DNA of 64,000 nt from Candidatus Latescibacterota bacterium (GTDB lineage Bacteria; Latescibacterota; UBA2968; UBA8231), in the NCBI GenBank assembly GCA_965200315.1, contig OZ241362.1, positions 5,024,001-5,088,000 of the forward strand. The letters are read 5' to 3'. A model generated the notes under the pieces. It was not told the DNA's origin. It was given only the letters and a program-made list of their open reading frames with translations, and did not search any database. A program made the position numbers and the translations under genes. This document shows, in pieces, positions 36,573-46,704 of the stretch; positions within the stretch are counted from its first letter, which is position 1; each line of letters starts with the position of its first letter.

Positions 36573-37667
36573 ATGCAAAAGTGCAGCGCGATCCTAACCG
36601 TTGGCGTACTGTGGGCACTGTCCGCCGCCGCACTGGAACGGCCGGATACCACCTTCAAAATTTTTCAGTTCCCCGCCGATCAGATCCCCCGGGTTGATGG
36701 GGATGTATCCGACTGGGACATGGTTCCTGCTGATTACGCCATCGGCATCGATGAGTTGAAAGACACCGTACACAACAGCCCGATTGATACCACTGATCTA
36801 GATGTCACCATGCGCGTCGGCTGGGTCAAGGGGCTAAACCGACTCTACTTTCTCTACGAAGCTTATGACGACTACTGGGATTTCAGCCACCGCGATCTGC
36901 ACAACGACATTTTGGAGATCGTCGTCGATGGCGATTTGTCCGGCGGTCCTTTGATCCCTCAACTGCGCGAAGACAAGGAGACCAACGGGCTGGAGGGCCT
37001 CGACGGGCACTTCAAATTCCACGGCGTCCACGCCCAGAACTACCACGTCCTGACCCCGGCCGACGGCAAGCCCTGGACTATGGTCTGGGGTGCCAATCAG
37101 TGGATCTACGAGCTGCCTTGGGCCAATGCGGCGGCGCGCTACGATTTTGCGCCGGGCGATAGCGGGCACTACACGCTCGAATTCTGGATCACCCCTTTCG
37201 ACTACGCCCCGGCCGACGGGCCGGAGCGCGCCGTGGAGTCGAAGCTCGAAGAGGACGCCTTGATCGGCCTTTCTTGGTGCATCCTCGACTACGATGATGT
37301 CGAGGTCAAACAGCAGGAGTTTGAGGGCTTTTGGAACCTATCCCACAAGACGACCATGTTCGGCAATGCCTCCGAACTGGTCGGCTTCCGACTGATGCCG
37401 CTGGAAAAAGCCTTTCGCGATCCGGTCGAGGCGCAATGGGAATTTACCGTTATCGATATGGAACGCCGCTTGGTCGCGTTCAAGGATTTGTCCTACGGGG
37501 ATATCCGCTCATGGCGTTGGGATTTCGGCGACGGCACCACCTCAACCGAGCAACACCCCGTCCACCAATACGCAGAGCCTGGGACGACCTATACAGTCAC
37601 GCTCTACGTCGAAGGCCCCGAGGGGAAGGCGCGGATGTCGAAGGTGTGGGACGTGATCGTCCGCTAA
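36573..37667 (+). CDS. Secreted CBM9/DOMON-like protein with C-terminal PKD domain
   Basis: Signal peptide, P.VDGD.SDWD.VP.DY, NRLY, and the PKD signature W.WDFGDGTTSTEQHP.H.Y..PG..YTVTL.V. Confidence 0.78.
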   Translation: MQKCSAILTVGVLWALSAAALERPDTTFKIFQFPADQIPRVDGDVSDWDMVPADYAIGIDELKDTVHNSPIDTTDLDVTMRVGWVKGLNRLYFLYEAYDDYWDFSHRDLHNDILEIVVDGDLSGGPLIPQLREDKETNGLEGLDGHFKFHGVHAQNYHVLTPADGKPWTMVWGANQWIYELPWANAAARYDFAPGDSGHYTLEFWITPFDYAPADGPERAVESKLEEDALIGLSWCILDYDDVEVKQQEFEGFWNLSHKTTMFGNASELVGFRLMPLEKAFRDPVEAQWEFTVIDMERRLVAFKDLSYGDIRSWRWDFGDGTTSTEQHPVHQYAEPGTTYTVTLYVEGPEGKARMSKVWDVIVR

Positions 37668-37688
37668 AACGGTCGTACTGAGAGTCCT

Positions 37689-39392
37689 ATGAGGCGGCTC
37701 TGGCATTGGGGAGGGATCGTCTTTGTACTAGCGCTGAGCCTGCGTTTGGTACATGCGTTCCAGATGTCGGCTAGCCCTCTTTTTACTCTGCCGGCGGTGG
37801 ACGCGGCCACGTATTCCGAACAGGCGGCTAGCCTAGCCGAAGGCCATTGGTTGGGACGCGGCCAAGGTCCGTTCTGGCAACCGCCGCTCTATCCTTATTT
37901 CTTAGGCCTAATCAAGCTCGTATTCCCAGAATCCTTTTACTACGTAGCTCGCTTGGCGCAGGCGCTAATTGGCAGCCTTACCTGTGTGTTGCTGTACTGG
38001 GTTGGGCGGCGGCTTTTTGGCTCAGGGGTTGGTTTCATCGGCGGTCTCATTGCGGCGGTGTACGGGCCGCTGATCTATTTTGACGCCCGGCTCTTGCCGG
38101 CTGGGCTAGCCACTCTTTTTGTCCTTGTCAGTCTCTTGCTGTTAATGCGCGCGGTTGAGCGGCCGACGCGATTCGTTTTTACGGCTGCGGGTTTTGCAAT
38201 GGGGCTGGCGTCGCTTACCGCGGCGATCCTCGCGTCCTTGATCTTAGGTGTGGCTCTCTGGCTGTTCTATGGGTTGCGGAAAAACGCCGCGCAGGCCGTC
38301 GCTGCTTTTCTGCTAGGAGCGGTGCTGGCTATTGCGCCGGTAACGCTGAGAAATTACACCATCGGCGGTGACTTCGTGCTGATCTCTTATAACGGAGGGG
38401 TGAATTTCTACATAGGGAACAACGCAAACGCCGAGCAGACGCTCGCGCTGCGCCCGGGATGGGAGTGGGAGGAACTGGTTGCTCTGCCGCTGCGGGAAGG
38501 GATTACGCGCCCTTCGGCCAAGTCCCTGTTTTTTTACAGGCAGGCTCTTGAATACATACAGGATGCGCCCTTCGATTACATGGGGTTGCTAGCGGCAAAA
38601 ACCGCCGATTTCTGGCGCGGCGATGAAATAGAGCGCAATCAGGAAATGTACTATTGGCGCAAGTATTCGAGCGTCCTCGCGGGTACCTTGTGGAAGTGGG
38701 GGGTGGCTTTCCCCTTTGGCTTGGTAAGCCCCCTCGCGCTGCTAGGGCTGATAGTGTACATCCGGCGGCAAGGCATTGCGCTGCCGGTGCTTTTCGTCCT
38801 CGGCTATAGTTTCGCGGTCATCTCCTTTTTTGTCGCGGCGCGCTACCGCCTGCCGCTCGTGCCGCTGCTGATTCTGTTCGCCGCGTACGGGGGGAATTGG
38901 CTGTATGCGAGGTGGCGGCAATCCTGGCGCCAAGTGCTTTGGCCGACGGCTGTTCTCGCCTTCTTGGTGCTGTTGGTGAATTGGGATTTGCCGCCGATGG
39001 ATGGGCGGGGCAAGGCCGCCACGCACAACGATTTGGGCAACGCCTACTTGCAACAAGGCCGCCGCGATATGGCACTGCTGAAATACGAACAGGCCACGCG
39101 GCGCGATTCGACGTATTGGCAGGCTTGGTTCAACCTCGGCTCACTGCGAGCAATGCGCGGCGATTTGCACGGCGCGCTGCCCATTCTTCTGAACGTGTTG
39201 GAGCCCGAGCGGGAACGCGCTGACGTGTGGAGCAATGTGGCCGGCGTCTATGTGGGATTGGGGCAATATCAGCAGGCGGTCGAGGTTCTCGAACAGGCTG
39301 TGGTGGCGGCACCGCGCGAGGATATCTACGCGGCGTTGGAGAGGGTGTACGCAATGATGGGAAAGCCAAGACATGGTGAGCGCGAAGAATAG
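37689..39392 (+). CDS. GT-C (ArnT/PMT, family 39-like) glycosyltransferase with C-terminal TPRs
   Basis: DAATY, PPLYPYFL, multiple TM helices, NGGVNFYIGNN, RYRLP, then TPR repeats. Confidence 0.8.
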   Translation: MRRLWHWGGIVFVLALSLRLVHAFQMSASPLFTLPAVDAATYSEQAASLAEGHWLGRGQGPFWQPPLYPYFLGLIKLVFPESFYYVARLAQALIGSLTCVLLYWVGRRLFGSGVGFIGGLIAAVYGPLIYFDARLLPAGLATLFVLVSLLLLMRAVERPTRFVFTAAGFAMGLASLTAAILASLILGVALWLFYGLRKNAAQAVAAFLLGAVLAIAPVTLRNYTIGGDFVLISYNGGVNFYIGNNANAEQTLALRPGWEWEELVALPLREGITRPSAKSLFFYRQALEYIQDAPFDYMGLLAAKTADFWRGDEIERNQEMYYWRKYSSVLAGTLWKWGVAFPFGLVSPLALLGLIVYIRRQGIALPVLFVLGYSFAVISFFVAARYRLPLVPLLILFAAYGGNWLYARWRQSWRQVLWPTAVLAFLVLLVNWDLPPMDGRGKAATHNDLGNAYLQQGRRDMALLKYEQATRRDSTYWQAWFNLGSLRAMRGDLHGALPILLNVLEPERERADVWSNVAGVYVGLGQYQQAVEVLEQAVVAAPREDIYAALERVYAMMGKPRHGEREE

Positions 39393-41367
39393 AATCTGGT
39401 TTTTGCGTTTGGCGACCTTGGCGTTTGGCGTGGCTTTGGTCGTGGGGGTCGAAGGCTTGCTGCGGCTCGTGCCGGGGTTGGGGCCGTCGCCGTTGGTTGT
39501 GACTTTGGCCGAGGACGAAGTGACCGGCGAATCGCTGCGTGCGACGAGTCGGTTTTATGCACAGCGATTTTTCGCGCAATACAAGGGCCGGCTGGCGGCG
39601 GCGGGTCAGATGGGCGAGCACTTCTTTGTCGAACCCGCACCGGCCAATCGCTATCGCGTCGTTTTTGTCGGCGCTTCCACCGTGCAGGGTTTTCCCCATC
39701 CGCGTCGTTTGGCCGCGGCGTCCTTTTTGCAGGCGATGCTGGCGGATGCTTGGCCGGAACGGGAGGTGGAGGTCGTCAATTTGGGCATTACGTCCATTGC
39801 CAGCTTTGCGGTGGCGCAAGTGGTGGAAGATGCGTTGGTCCTGTCGCCTGATCTGGTCGTCGTCTATACCGGGCACAATGAATTCTACGGGTTGTACGGG
39901 GCCGGGAGGTATCAGCGGCTACAGTACTTTTTGCGGCAACTGCATTTGACGCATCTGGTGGATGGGTTGATAGGGAGCATTGGGACTGAGGATGAGCCAG
40001 CGGATCTGATAAAAATGGCGGCTGCACGCGGCGCGGTGCCGTTGCACAGCTCCGACCGAGAGACGGTGGAGCAAAATTTGCGCGACAACTTGCGGCGCGT
40101 GAGTCAGCTTTGCGAGCGAGCGCAGGTGCCCTTGGTGCTGTGTACTATTGTGGCGAATGACGCGGGATTTGCGCCGGTGGGATCGACGGAGGGGGGCGAG
40201 GTGTGGGAGGCGCGGGTGGAGCAAGCAGCGCAGGTATTGACGCGGGGTTACGTTGCGCCGGAGAATGCTGAGGATGCGCTGCAACAATTGGAGCAAGCGG
40301 CGGCTCTTGCGAGCGAACACGCTTGGCTGTGGTATTTGCAAGGCCGTGCGTTGGAGCGGTTGGGGCGAGACGCCCAAGCGCAGCGGGCTTTTCGCAAGGC
40401 GCGGGATTTGGACACCATGCCGTGGCGCGCTCCCACGGCGCACAATGCGGTGATTCGCGCTGTCGCCGCCGAGCATGGAGCGGTTTTGGCGGATGTGGAG
40501 GCTGCGTTTGTGGAGGCTGCGCCCGCGCAGGGCGTGGGTTGGGAGTGGATGGTGGACCACGTTCACTTCTCCGTTGCTGGGCAGGCTTTGTTGGCGCGGA
40601 CTGTTCTCCACAGCGTCGCCGGATTGCAGGACATTGACTTGGGATTGCTGCGGAGCGCGGAGGCGTATCGGCGCGATTTAGGCGACCTGCCGGTGGAGCG
40701 CGTGGTAGCGTACAACAAAATGGGGGCGATGCTCGCGCAAGCGCCCTTGCACCAATACAATGGACACAATGCGCGCTATCTCAAGCAACTGGCGGCTATG
40801 GAAGGGCAGCGGCTGTCGCCGGGAGAACGGCGCGGCGTTGAGCAGTGGGTCGAGCAGGGTCAGCGGGGGCCGTTGGTGTTAGCGGTGGCAGATCAGCTTT
40901 TCACCGAGCGGGATTTTGCGCGGGCGCAGGTGTACTACGCGGCAGCACTCCGCGAAGTGCCGTTTACGCGGCGTGGGTTGTGGGCGGCGGTGCAGTGGGC
41001 GTGGTGCATCAAGATGCAGGGGATGGCTGTTACCGACGGGCAGCGGGGCGAGGTGCGGGCCGCGCTGAAACAGGCGGGGTTTCTCGCGCACGATCCGGCT
41101 GTGGGCGCGTCCTTCGTCGATTTTGTCAAGGGTCAGCTCTACCATTTGCTCGCAGAACGCGAACCGGCCTTGAGGCATTTGGAGCGCGCTTTTTTGGACG
41201 CAGATTTTCGCCGCCGCTATGCGTTGAGTTTGTTTCAGGCGTTGGCGTTTGAATTGGTTTGGGCTGGGCGGGTGGAAGATGCGCGGGAATACGCTCGCTT
41301 GGTGGGGGGAGAGGTCGGACAGGAGGCGCATTTTTTGCGGATCGTGGAGGGCCAACTGAGGCCGTAG
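39373..41367 (+). CDS. Membrane-anchored SGNH/GDSL-like protein with TPRs
   Basis: VFVGASTVQG (block I), EVVNLG, YTGHNEFYG (block III), DHVH (block V). Confidence 0.75.
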   Translation: MVSAKNRIWFLRLATLAFGVALVVGVEGLLRLVPGLGPSPLVVTLAEDEVTGESLRATSRFYAQRFFAQYKGRLAAAGQMGEHFFVEPAPANRYRVVFVGASTVQGFPHPRRLAAASFLQAMLADAWPEREVEVVNLGITSIASFAVAQVVEDALVLSPDLVVVYTGHNEFYGLYGAGRYQRLQYFLRQLHLTHLVDGLIGSIGTEDEPADLIKMAAARGAVPLHSSDRETVEQNLRDNLRRVSQLCERAQVPLVLCTIVANDAGFAPVGSTEGGEVWEARVEQAAQVLTRGYVAPENAEDALQQLEQAAALASEHAWLWYLQGRALERLGRDAQAQRAFRKARDLDTMPWRAPTAHNAVIRAVAAEHGAVLADVEAAFVEAAPAQGVGWEWMVDHVHFSVAGQALLARTVLHSVAGLQDIDLGLLRSAEAYRRDLGDLPVERVVAYNKMGAMLAQAPLHQYNGHNARYLKQLAAMEGQRLSPGERRGVEQWVEQGQRGPLVLAVADQLFTERDFARAQVYYAAALREVPFTRRGLWAAVQWAWCIKMQGMAVTDGQRGEVRAALKQAGFLAHDPAVGASFVDFVKGQLYHLLAEREPALRHLERAFLDADFRRRYALSLFQALAFELVWAGRVEDAREYARLVGGEVGQEAHFLRIVEGQLRP

Positions 41368-41389
41368 GGGCGATTCGCCAACCGCCGTA
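41364..41389. repeat. Degenerate REP-like palindrome at the insert boundary
   Basis: gtaggggcgattcgccaaccgccgta: GTAG start with imperfect arms. Confidence 0.3.
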
Positions 41390-41413
41390 AGAGTTTAGAA
41401 AAAGAGATAGGAT

Positions 41414-41716
41414 ATGTTCAAACGCGCTGTGCATCCAGGTGAAGTCCTGAAAGACGAGCTCGAAGAGATAGGCGTCAAGCCCACGTCGTTTGCGCGTCAG
41501 ATCAATGTGCCGCCGAACCGCGTTGGCCAGATCATCGCGGGCAAGCGGTCGGTGACGGGCGACACGGCTTTGCGGTTCGGCCACTGGTTTGGGGTAGAGC
41601 CTCAATTCTGGCTGAACCTTCAGACGCAGTTCGATCTGGTTGCCGCCGACCAGCAAGCCGGTGCGGCCATACGTCGGCTGCCGACTCGCGTTGCTGCCCA
41701 AGAAGCAATGAAATGA
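41414..41716 (+). CDS. higA: HigA-family antitoxin (no adjacent HigB)
   Basis: VHPGEVLKDEL...NR..QII.GKRSVT.DTALR..HWFG....FWLNLQ..FDL. Confidence 0.9.
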   Translation: MFKRAVHPGEVLKDELEEIGVKPTSFARQINVPPNRVGQIIAGKRSVTGDTALRFGHWFGVEPQFWLNLQTQFDLVAADQQAGAAIRRLPTRVAAQEAMK

Positions 41717-44559
41717 CGCCTGAAGAATTCATAGCCAAGTGGCGTGCAGTTCAGCTCAAGGAGCGTTCTGCCGCGCAAGAGCACTTTATCGACTTGTGCG
41801 GGTTGCTCGACGAGCCAACGCCGGCTAAGGCTGACCCTACGGGCGATGCGTATTGCTTTGAGCACGGTGCGAGCATAGAGGGTGGGGGAGATGGTTGGGC
41901 CGATGTGTGGAAGCGGCACCATTTTGCGTGGGAATACAAAGGCAAGCGCACCAACTTGGATGATGCTTTTACGCAGCTTCGACGGTATGCGCTCGCGCTG
42001 GAGAATCCACCGCTCTTGATCGCGTCAGATATGGCGCAATTTCGCATCCGCACGAATTGGACGAATAGCGTCAGCGAGACCTACGAGATCGGGCTGGAGG
42101 AATTGGTTGATGCTGAGAAGCGCGATCTGCTCAAATGGGCTTTTTCGGACCCGGAGCGGCTACGACCTGGGCTGACGCGGCAGGTGCTTACCGAGCGGGC
42201 GGCTGCGTCTTTTGCTCAGTTGGCGCAAAGGTTGCGCGAGCGTGGGCACGAGCCGCAGACTGTGGCGCATTTTATCAATCGTCTCGTGTTCTGCATGTTC
42301 GCCGAAGACGTGGGCTTGCTACCCAATGCGATGTTTACGCGGATGTTGGAACGCACACTTGAGCAGCCTGAAAAATTCGCCGAATATGCGCGAAGTCTGT
42401 TTCAGGCGATGGCTGAGGGCGGTGATGTGGGCTTTGAGCCGGTCGCTTGGTTCAACGGCGGCTTGTTTGACGATGATGCAGCTCTGCCGCTGGAAAGGGC
42501 GGATATTGCAGCGGCGTTGGCGGCAGCAGCTCTCGATTGGGCGGAGATTGATCCTTCCATCCTCGGCACTTTATTTGAGCGTGGGTTAGACCCGGCTAAG
42601 CGAGCGCAGTTGGGGGCGCATTATACGGACCGCGACAAAGTTATGCTTCTCGTCGAGCCAGTGGTGATTCGTCCGTGGCTGGCTGAGTGGGCGGAGGTGA
42701 AGGATGAGATCGTCGCTATGGTGGAACGGGCGAAGGCCGCGAGGACACCGGCTGTTCGCACTCGACGCCTTGCAGAGGCTGAGCGGCGATTGCGCGCGTT
42801 TCTCCAACGGCTGCGTGGGTTTACTGTACTCGACCCAGCCTGTGGTTCGGGGAATTTCCTATACATTGCCTTGCAGTCGCTCAAGGATTTGGAGCAGCAG
42901 GTGCAGTGGGAGGCCGAGGTGCTTGGCTTTCAGCGCCAGTTTCCGGGGATTGGGCCGGCCAACGTTAAGGGAATCGAGATCAATCCGTATGCGGCGGAAC
43001 TAGCTCGCGTTTCCGTGTGGATTGGGGAGATTCAGTGGATGCGGCGGAATGGGCATGGCGAGGCGCGAGACCCGATCTTGAAGCCGTTAGATACGATTGA
43101 ATGCCGCGATGCGATTATTGGGGAGAATGGAGAGGAACCGGAGTGGCCGGAGGCGGATGTAGTGATCGGCAATCCACCGTTTCTCGGAGGAAAGTTGTTG
43201 CGTCGGACGCTAGGGGGTGAGTATGTGCAGCGTTTGCAGCGGCTCTATGGGGAGCGGATTCACGGGGAGGCGGACTTGGTCTGTCATTGGTTTGACAAGG
43301 CGGCTCGACTGATAGCTGCTAAAAAGATCGTCCGCGCCGGTCTAGTTGCCACTAATTCGATTCGGGGTGGGCGCAATCGGGCCGTGCTTGACCGGGTTGT
43401 CAAGGCTGGGGGCATTTTTGACGCTTGGGCAGACGAGCCGTGGGTTGTTGATGGGGCGGCGGTGCGGGTGTCATTGGTGTGCTTTGCTGACGAGGGGTCT
43501 GCTTTGCCCGTGCGTCTAAATGGCGGGGATGCTCCGCGGATTAACTCGGACTTGACGGCAGGCAATCTCGACTTAGCGCAAGTCGTGCGCTTGAAGCAAA
43601 ACGCCAAGGTTTCGTTTATGGGCAATACCAAAAATGGAAAGTTTGATGTTGCGGGCGATTTGGCCCGCGATTGGCTCAGCCAGCCGACGAATCCGAATGG
43701 GCGTCCTAATTCTGATGTACTCAAGCCGTGGGTGAACGGCATGGACTTGACGCGGCGTCCGGCAGGCAAGTGGATTGTGGATTTTGGCGACGCCATGGAC
43801 GAAGGAGAGGCCGCTCTGTACGAAGCCCCGTTTGCCCATGTCGCTACATACGTGCGACCGGTGAGAGAGAAAAACCGCGCACCGAAAGTTAAGAAATTCT
43901 GGTGGCAGCACGAAGCACCGCGGTCCGGCATGTGGAATGCCCTGAAGGGGCTCACGCGCTACATCGCTACGCCGCGTGTTGCCAAGCATCGGCTGTTCGT
44001 CTGGCTTGATGTATGCGTTTGCCCCGACAGTGCGGTCATCGCCATCGCCCGGGACGACGACACGACGTTTGGTATCCTGCACAGCCGGTTTCACGAAGCG
44101 TGGTCGCTGCGGCTCTGCACATGGCTCGGCAAGGGCAACGATCCGCGCTACACGCCAACCACCACCTTCGAGACATTCCCGTTCCCTAAAGGGCTATCGC
44201 CCGACATCCCGGCCGCTGATTATGCAGACGATCCCCACGCCGTTGCCATCGCTGAAACAGCGCGGCGACTGGTCAAATTTCGCGACCACTGGCTCAACCC
44301 GCCCGAAAGGGTCGAATGGGTGGACGAGCCGGTGCCCGGCTATCCCAAGCGCCCGGTGCCCCGCGACGAAGCGGCGGCGCAGGAACTCAAGAAGCGGCCG
44401 CTGACGAATCTCTACAACGACCGCCCGCAATGGCTTGACGACGCGCATAAAGCTCTTGATGCAGCAGTGGCGGCGGCGTATGGGTGGGATGCGAACATAT
44501 CGGAGGATGCGGTACTGGAGAAGTTGCTGGCGTTAAATTCGGAGGATGGACGCGGTTAA
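41713..44559 (+). CDS. MmeI-like type IIG/IIL fused restriction endonuclease-methyltransferase
   Basis: N-terminal ADVW...AWEYK nuclease motif, GAHYT, LDPACGSGNFL, GNPPF, and a C-terminal TRD (RYTPTTTFETFPFP, LTNLYN). Confidence 0.9.
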   Translation: MTPEEFIAKWRAVQLKERSAAQEHFIDLCGLLDEPTPAKADPTGDAYCFEHGASIEGGGDGWADVWKRHHFAWEYKGKRTNLDDAFTQLRRYALALENPPLLIASDMAQFRIRTNWTNSVSETYEIGLEELVDAEKRDLLKWAFSDPERLRPGLTRQVLTERAAASFAQLAQRLRERGHEPQTVAHFINRLVFCMFAEDVGLLPNAMFTRMLERTLEQPEKFAEYARSLFQAMAEGGDVGFEPVAWFNGGLFDDDAALPLERADIAAALAAAALDWAEIDPSILGTLFERGLDPAKRAQLGAHYTDRDKVMLLVEPVVIRPWLAEWAEVKDEIVAMVERAKAARTPAVRTRRLAEAERRLRAFLQRLRGFTVLDPACGSGNFLYIALQSLKDLEQQVQWEAEVLGFQRQFPGIGPANVKGIEINPYAAELARVSVWIGEIQWMRRNGHGEARDPILKPLDTIECRDAIIGENGEEPEWPEADVVIGNPPFLGGKLLRRTLGGEYVQRLQRLYGERIHGEADLVCHWFDKAARLIAAKKIVRAGLVATNSIRGGRNRAVLDRVVKAGGIFDAWADEPWVVDGAAVRVSLVCFADEGSALPVRLNGGDAPRINSDLTAGNLDLAQVVRLKQNAKVSFMGNTKNGKFDVAGDLARDWLSQPTNPNGRPNSDVLKPWVNGMDLTRRPAGKWIVDFGDAMDEGEAALYEAPFAHVATYVRPVREKNRAPKVKKFWWQHEAPRSGMWNALKGLTRYIATPRVAKHRLFVWLDVCVCPDSAVIAIARDDDTTFGILHSRFHEAWSLRLCTWLGKGNDPRYTPTTTFETFPFPKGLSPDIPAADYADDPHAVAIAETARRLVKFRDHWLNPPERVEWVDEPVPGYPKRPVPRDEAAAQELKKRPLTNLYNDRPQWLDDAHKALDAAVAAAYGWDANISEDAVLEKLLALNSEDGRG

Positions 44560-44639
44560 AGTATTAAAGTCCGTAGTGGCACTTTCAGCGAAGTACTGAA
44601 CTTGGCGACCGCAACTAACTGTTAGGGTTTAATAGGGAG

Positions 44640-46655
44640 ATGGCACAGTCTTGCCAAGAAGCGCACCGCGTGCAAAAGGAAATCCCCACCCAGTACCTCG
44701 CCCATCTCAGCGACCGCTATCTTGTAGAATTGCCCGGGTCCGGCCTGAGTTGGCGGTCTGTGTTGCTCGGGCTGGGGCTGGTCGTGGCCATCAGCATCGG
44801 CAGCCCCTATTCAATATGGATGGTCGGCTCGTCGGAAATGACGTGGTCGTACTTTCCCATTGCCGTGGGGGCGCCGCTGTTTCTCTTGGTCTTGGGCAAC
44901 GCGCTGCTCAAACGCGCCCTCAGCGCGGCCGAGCTGATCACCATAGTCATCATGGGGTTGGTCGCCAGCGGTATGCCCATCTTCATGGTCGGCCTGATTC
45001 TCAGCATTATATCTAAGCCCTATTACGGTGCGCTTCCGACCAACCAGTGGGCCGAATACGTCCATCCCTATCTGCCGGATTGGGCTATCCCCGACCCAGC
45101 GCACGACGCCATGCGCTTTTTCTACGAGGGCCTGCCGAGCAAAGACTTGGCTATTCCGTGGGGGGCGTGGGTCGAGCCGCTGTTGTGGTGGCTGCTGCTG
45201 GTGCTGGCCATATACTTCGTCGGCCTGTGCTCGGTGGTAGTGCTGCGCCGGCATTGGATGGAGCGCGAACGGCTGACCTTCCCCCTGACTGAAGTGGCCT
45301 TGATGCTGACTGAAGAGGCCCCGGGATCGGCGTTGCCGCCCGCGCTCAAGACCCGGGTTTTCTGGATCGGCTTTGCCATACCGTTCGGCCTGATCGCCTT
45401 CAATGTTCCCAGCTACTTTTACCCCGGCTTGGCGCAAGTGCCCGTCTTTCAGGGGTGGAACTTTTCCCTCATTCCCCAAGCACCGCCCATCAACCTGCTG
45501 CTGTACTTTCCGGTCTTGGGGTTTATGTATCTGGCTCCGCTGGCCATTTCGTTTAGCGTCTGGTTCTTCCATCTGCTCTACTTGGTGCAACTGGGCCTGA
45601 TCACCGAAATGGGTCTTTTCAATTTGCGCGCCGACCCGTTTGTGTACAGCGGCCCGCCCTTGTCGTGGCAGTCTTGGGGGGCTTTTGTGGCAATGGTGGG
45701 GTGGAGCTTGTGGATGGCAAGGAGTCACCTCGCGGCCGTGTGGCGCACTGCGCTGGGACGCGCCGGACAGATCGACGACAGCGACGAGATGATTTCCTAT
45801 CGGGTTGCTGTGGGTGGTGGGTTGGCCGGGCTGTGTTTTATCCTCGGCTGGCTGTGGCGCAGCGGCTTGGACCTGCACCTGGCGGCCCTCTATTTGGCGG
45901 CCGCGCTGACGATTTTCTTGGGCATTACGCGGCTGGTGGTACAAGCGGGTCTGCACTATTTGACGACGCCCATGAGCGCTCAGGGCATGGTTGTGGCTGC
46001 TGCTGGCTCGGCCTTGGGGCCGCAGAACTTGGTCGCGCTGGCACTGACTTTTGCGTGGTGCAGCGATGTGCAATCCACCTTCATGCCGTCGGCAGCCAAC
46101 GCGCTCAAGCTGCACGATTACTACACGCATCGACGCAGCGGGGGGTTGGCCTTGGCTATTGGCTTGGCGGTGGTGGTCAGCTTTGTCGCGACTACCAGCT
46201 TTATGATCTACTTGTGCTACGACTACGGGGCGGGCAATTTGCGCTCGTGGTTTTTCAATGCGGCTGGAGGTGTGGGCGGCCGAGCCTTCGACTGGGTCGC
46301 CGAGCAGACGCGCAATCCCGCGCCCGTTGATTGGGACAAACTTGGCTTGGCTGGCAGTGGGGTGGTGGGCTATGTGGTGCTGGCGTTTTTGCACTATCGG
46401 ATCGCGTGGTGGCCCTTGCACCCGGTGGGGCTAGCGGTAGCCTCGACTTGGATGGTCCGGCGGATTGTGTTCTCGGTCTTCTTGGCGTGGGCCTGCAAGG
46501 CGTTGATCTTGCGCTTCGGCGGCGTGGTGCTCTACCAGCGGCTCAAACCGCTGTTTATCGGGCTGGTGGTGGGGTTTTTCTGCGGGGTTTTTCTGTCGTT
46601 TGTGCTCGACTGGGGCTGGTTTAAGGGTGCGGGGCATCCGATCCTGCACGGGTGA
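44640..46655 (+). CDS. DUF6785/DUF6784-like membrane protein, paralog 3
   Basis: PWGAW..PL..W, WMERERLTFPL, WWPLHPVG, LRFGG..LYQ. Confidence 0.75.
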   Translation: MAQSCQEAHRVQKEIPTQYLAHLSDRYLVELPGSGLSWRSVLLGLGLVVAISIGSPYSIWMVGSSEMTWSYFPIAVGAPLFLLVLGNALLKRALSAAELITIVIMGLVASGMPIFMVGLILSIISKPYYGALPTNQWAEYVHPYLPDWAIPDPAHDAMRFFYEGLPSKDLAIPWGAWVEPLLWWLLLVLAIYFVGLCSVVVLRRHWMERERLTFPLTEVALMLTEEAPGSALPPALKTRVFWIGFAIPFGLIAFNVPSYFYPGLAQVPVFQGWNFSLIPQAPPINLLLYFPVLGFMYLAPLAISFSVWFFHLLYLVQLGLITEMGLFNLRADPFVYSGPPLSWQSWGAFVAMVGWSLWMARSHLAAVWRTALGRAGQIDDSDEMISYRVAVGGGLAGLCFILGWLWRSGLDLHLAALYLAAALTIFLGITRLVVQAGLHYLTTPMSAQGMVVAAAGSALGPQNLVALALTFAWCSDVQSTFMPSAANALKLHDYYTHRRSGGLALAIGLAVVVSFVATTSFMIYLCYDYGAGNLRSWFFNAAGGVGGRAFDWVAEQTRNPAPVDWDKLGLAGSGVVGYVVLAFLHYRIAWWPLHPVGLAVASTWMVRRIVFSVFLAWACKALILRFGGVVLYQRLKPLFIGLVVGFFCGVFLSFVLDWGWFKGAGHPILHG

Positions 46656-46704
46656 GGGGATTGCTGTATATTGAGGCCGCAACCACGAGGAAAGGTATTC
46701 TCTT

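Noticed and set aside
18168-44626. Shared palindrome CTAAC-N1/2-GTTAG near 18.17 kb and 44.62 kb as a common operator
   Set aside because: Only two short instances with different spacing; insufficient evidence.
44811-46421. 536-aa antisense ORF, and similar ones at 2975-3898, 14967-15833, 28856-29782 and 46621-47511
   Set aside because: Shadow ORFs opposite or overlapping well-supported genes in GC-rich DNA, with no recognisable motifs.
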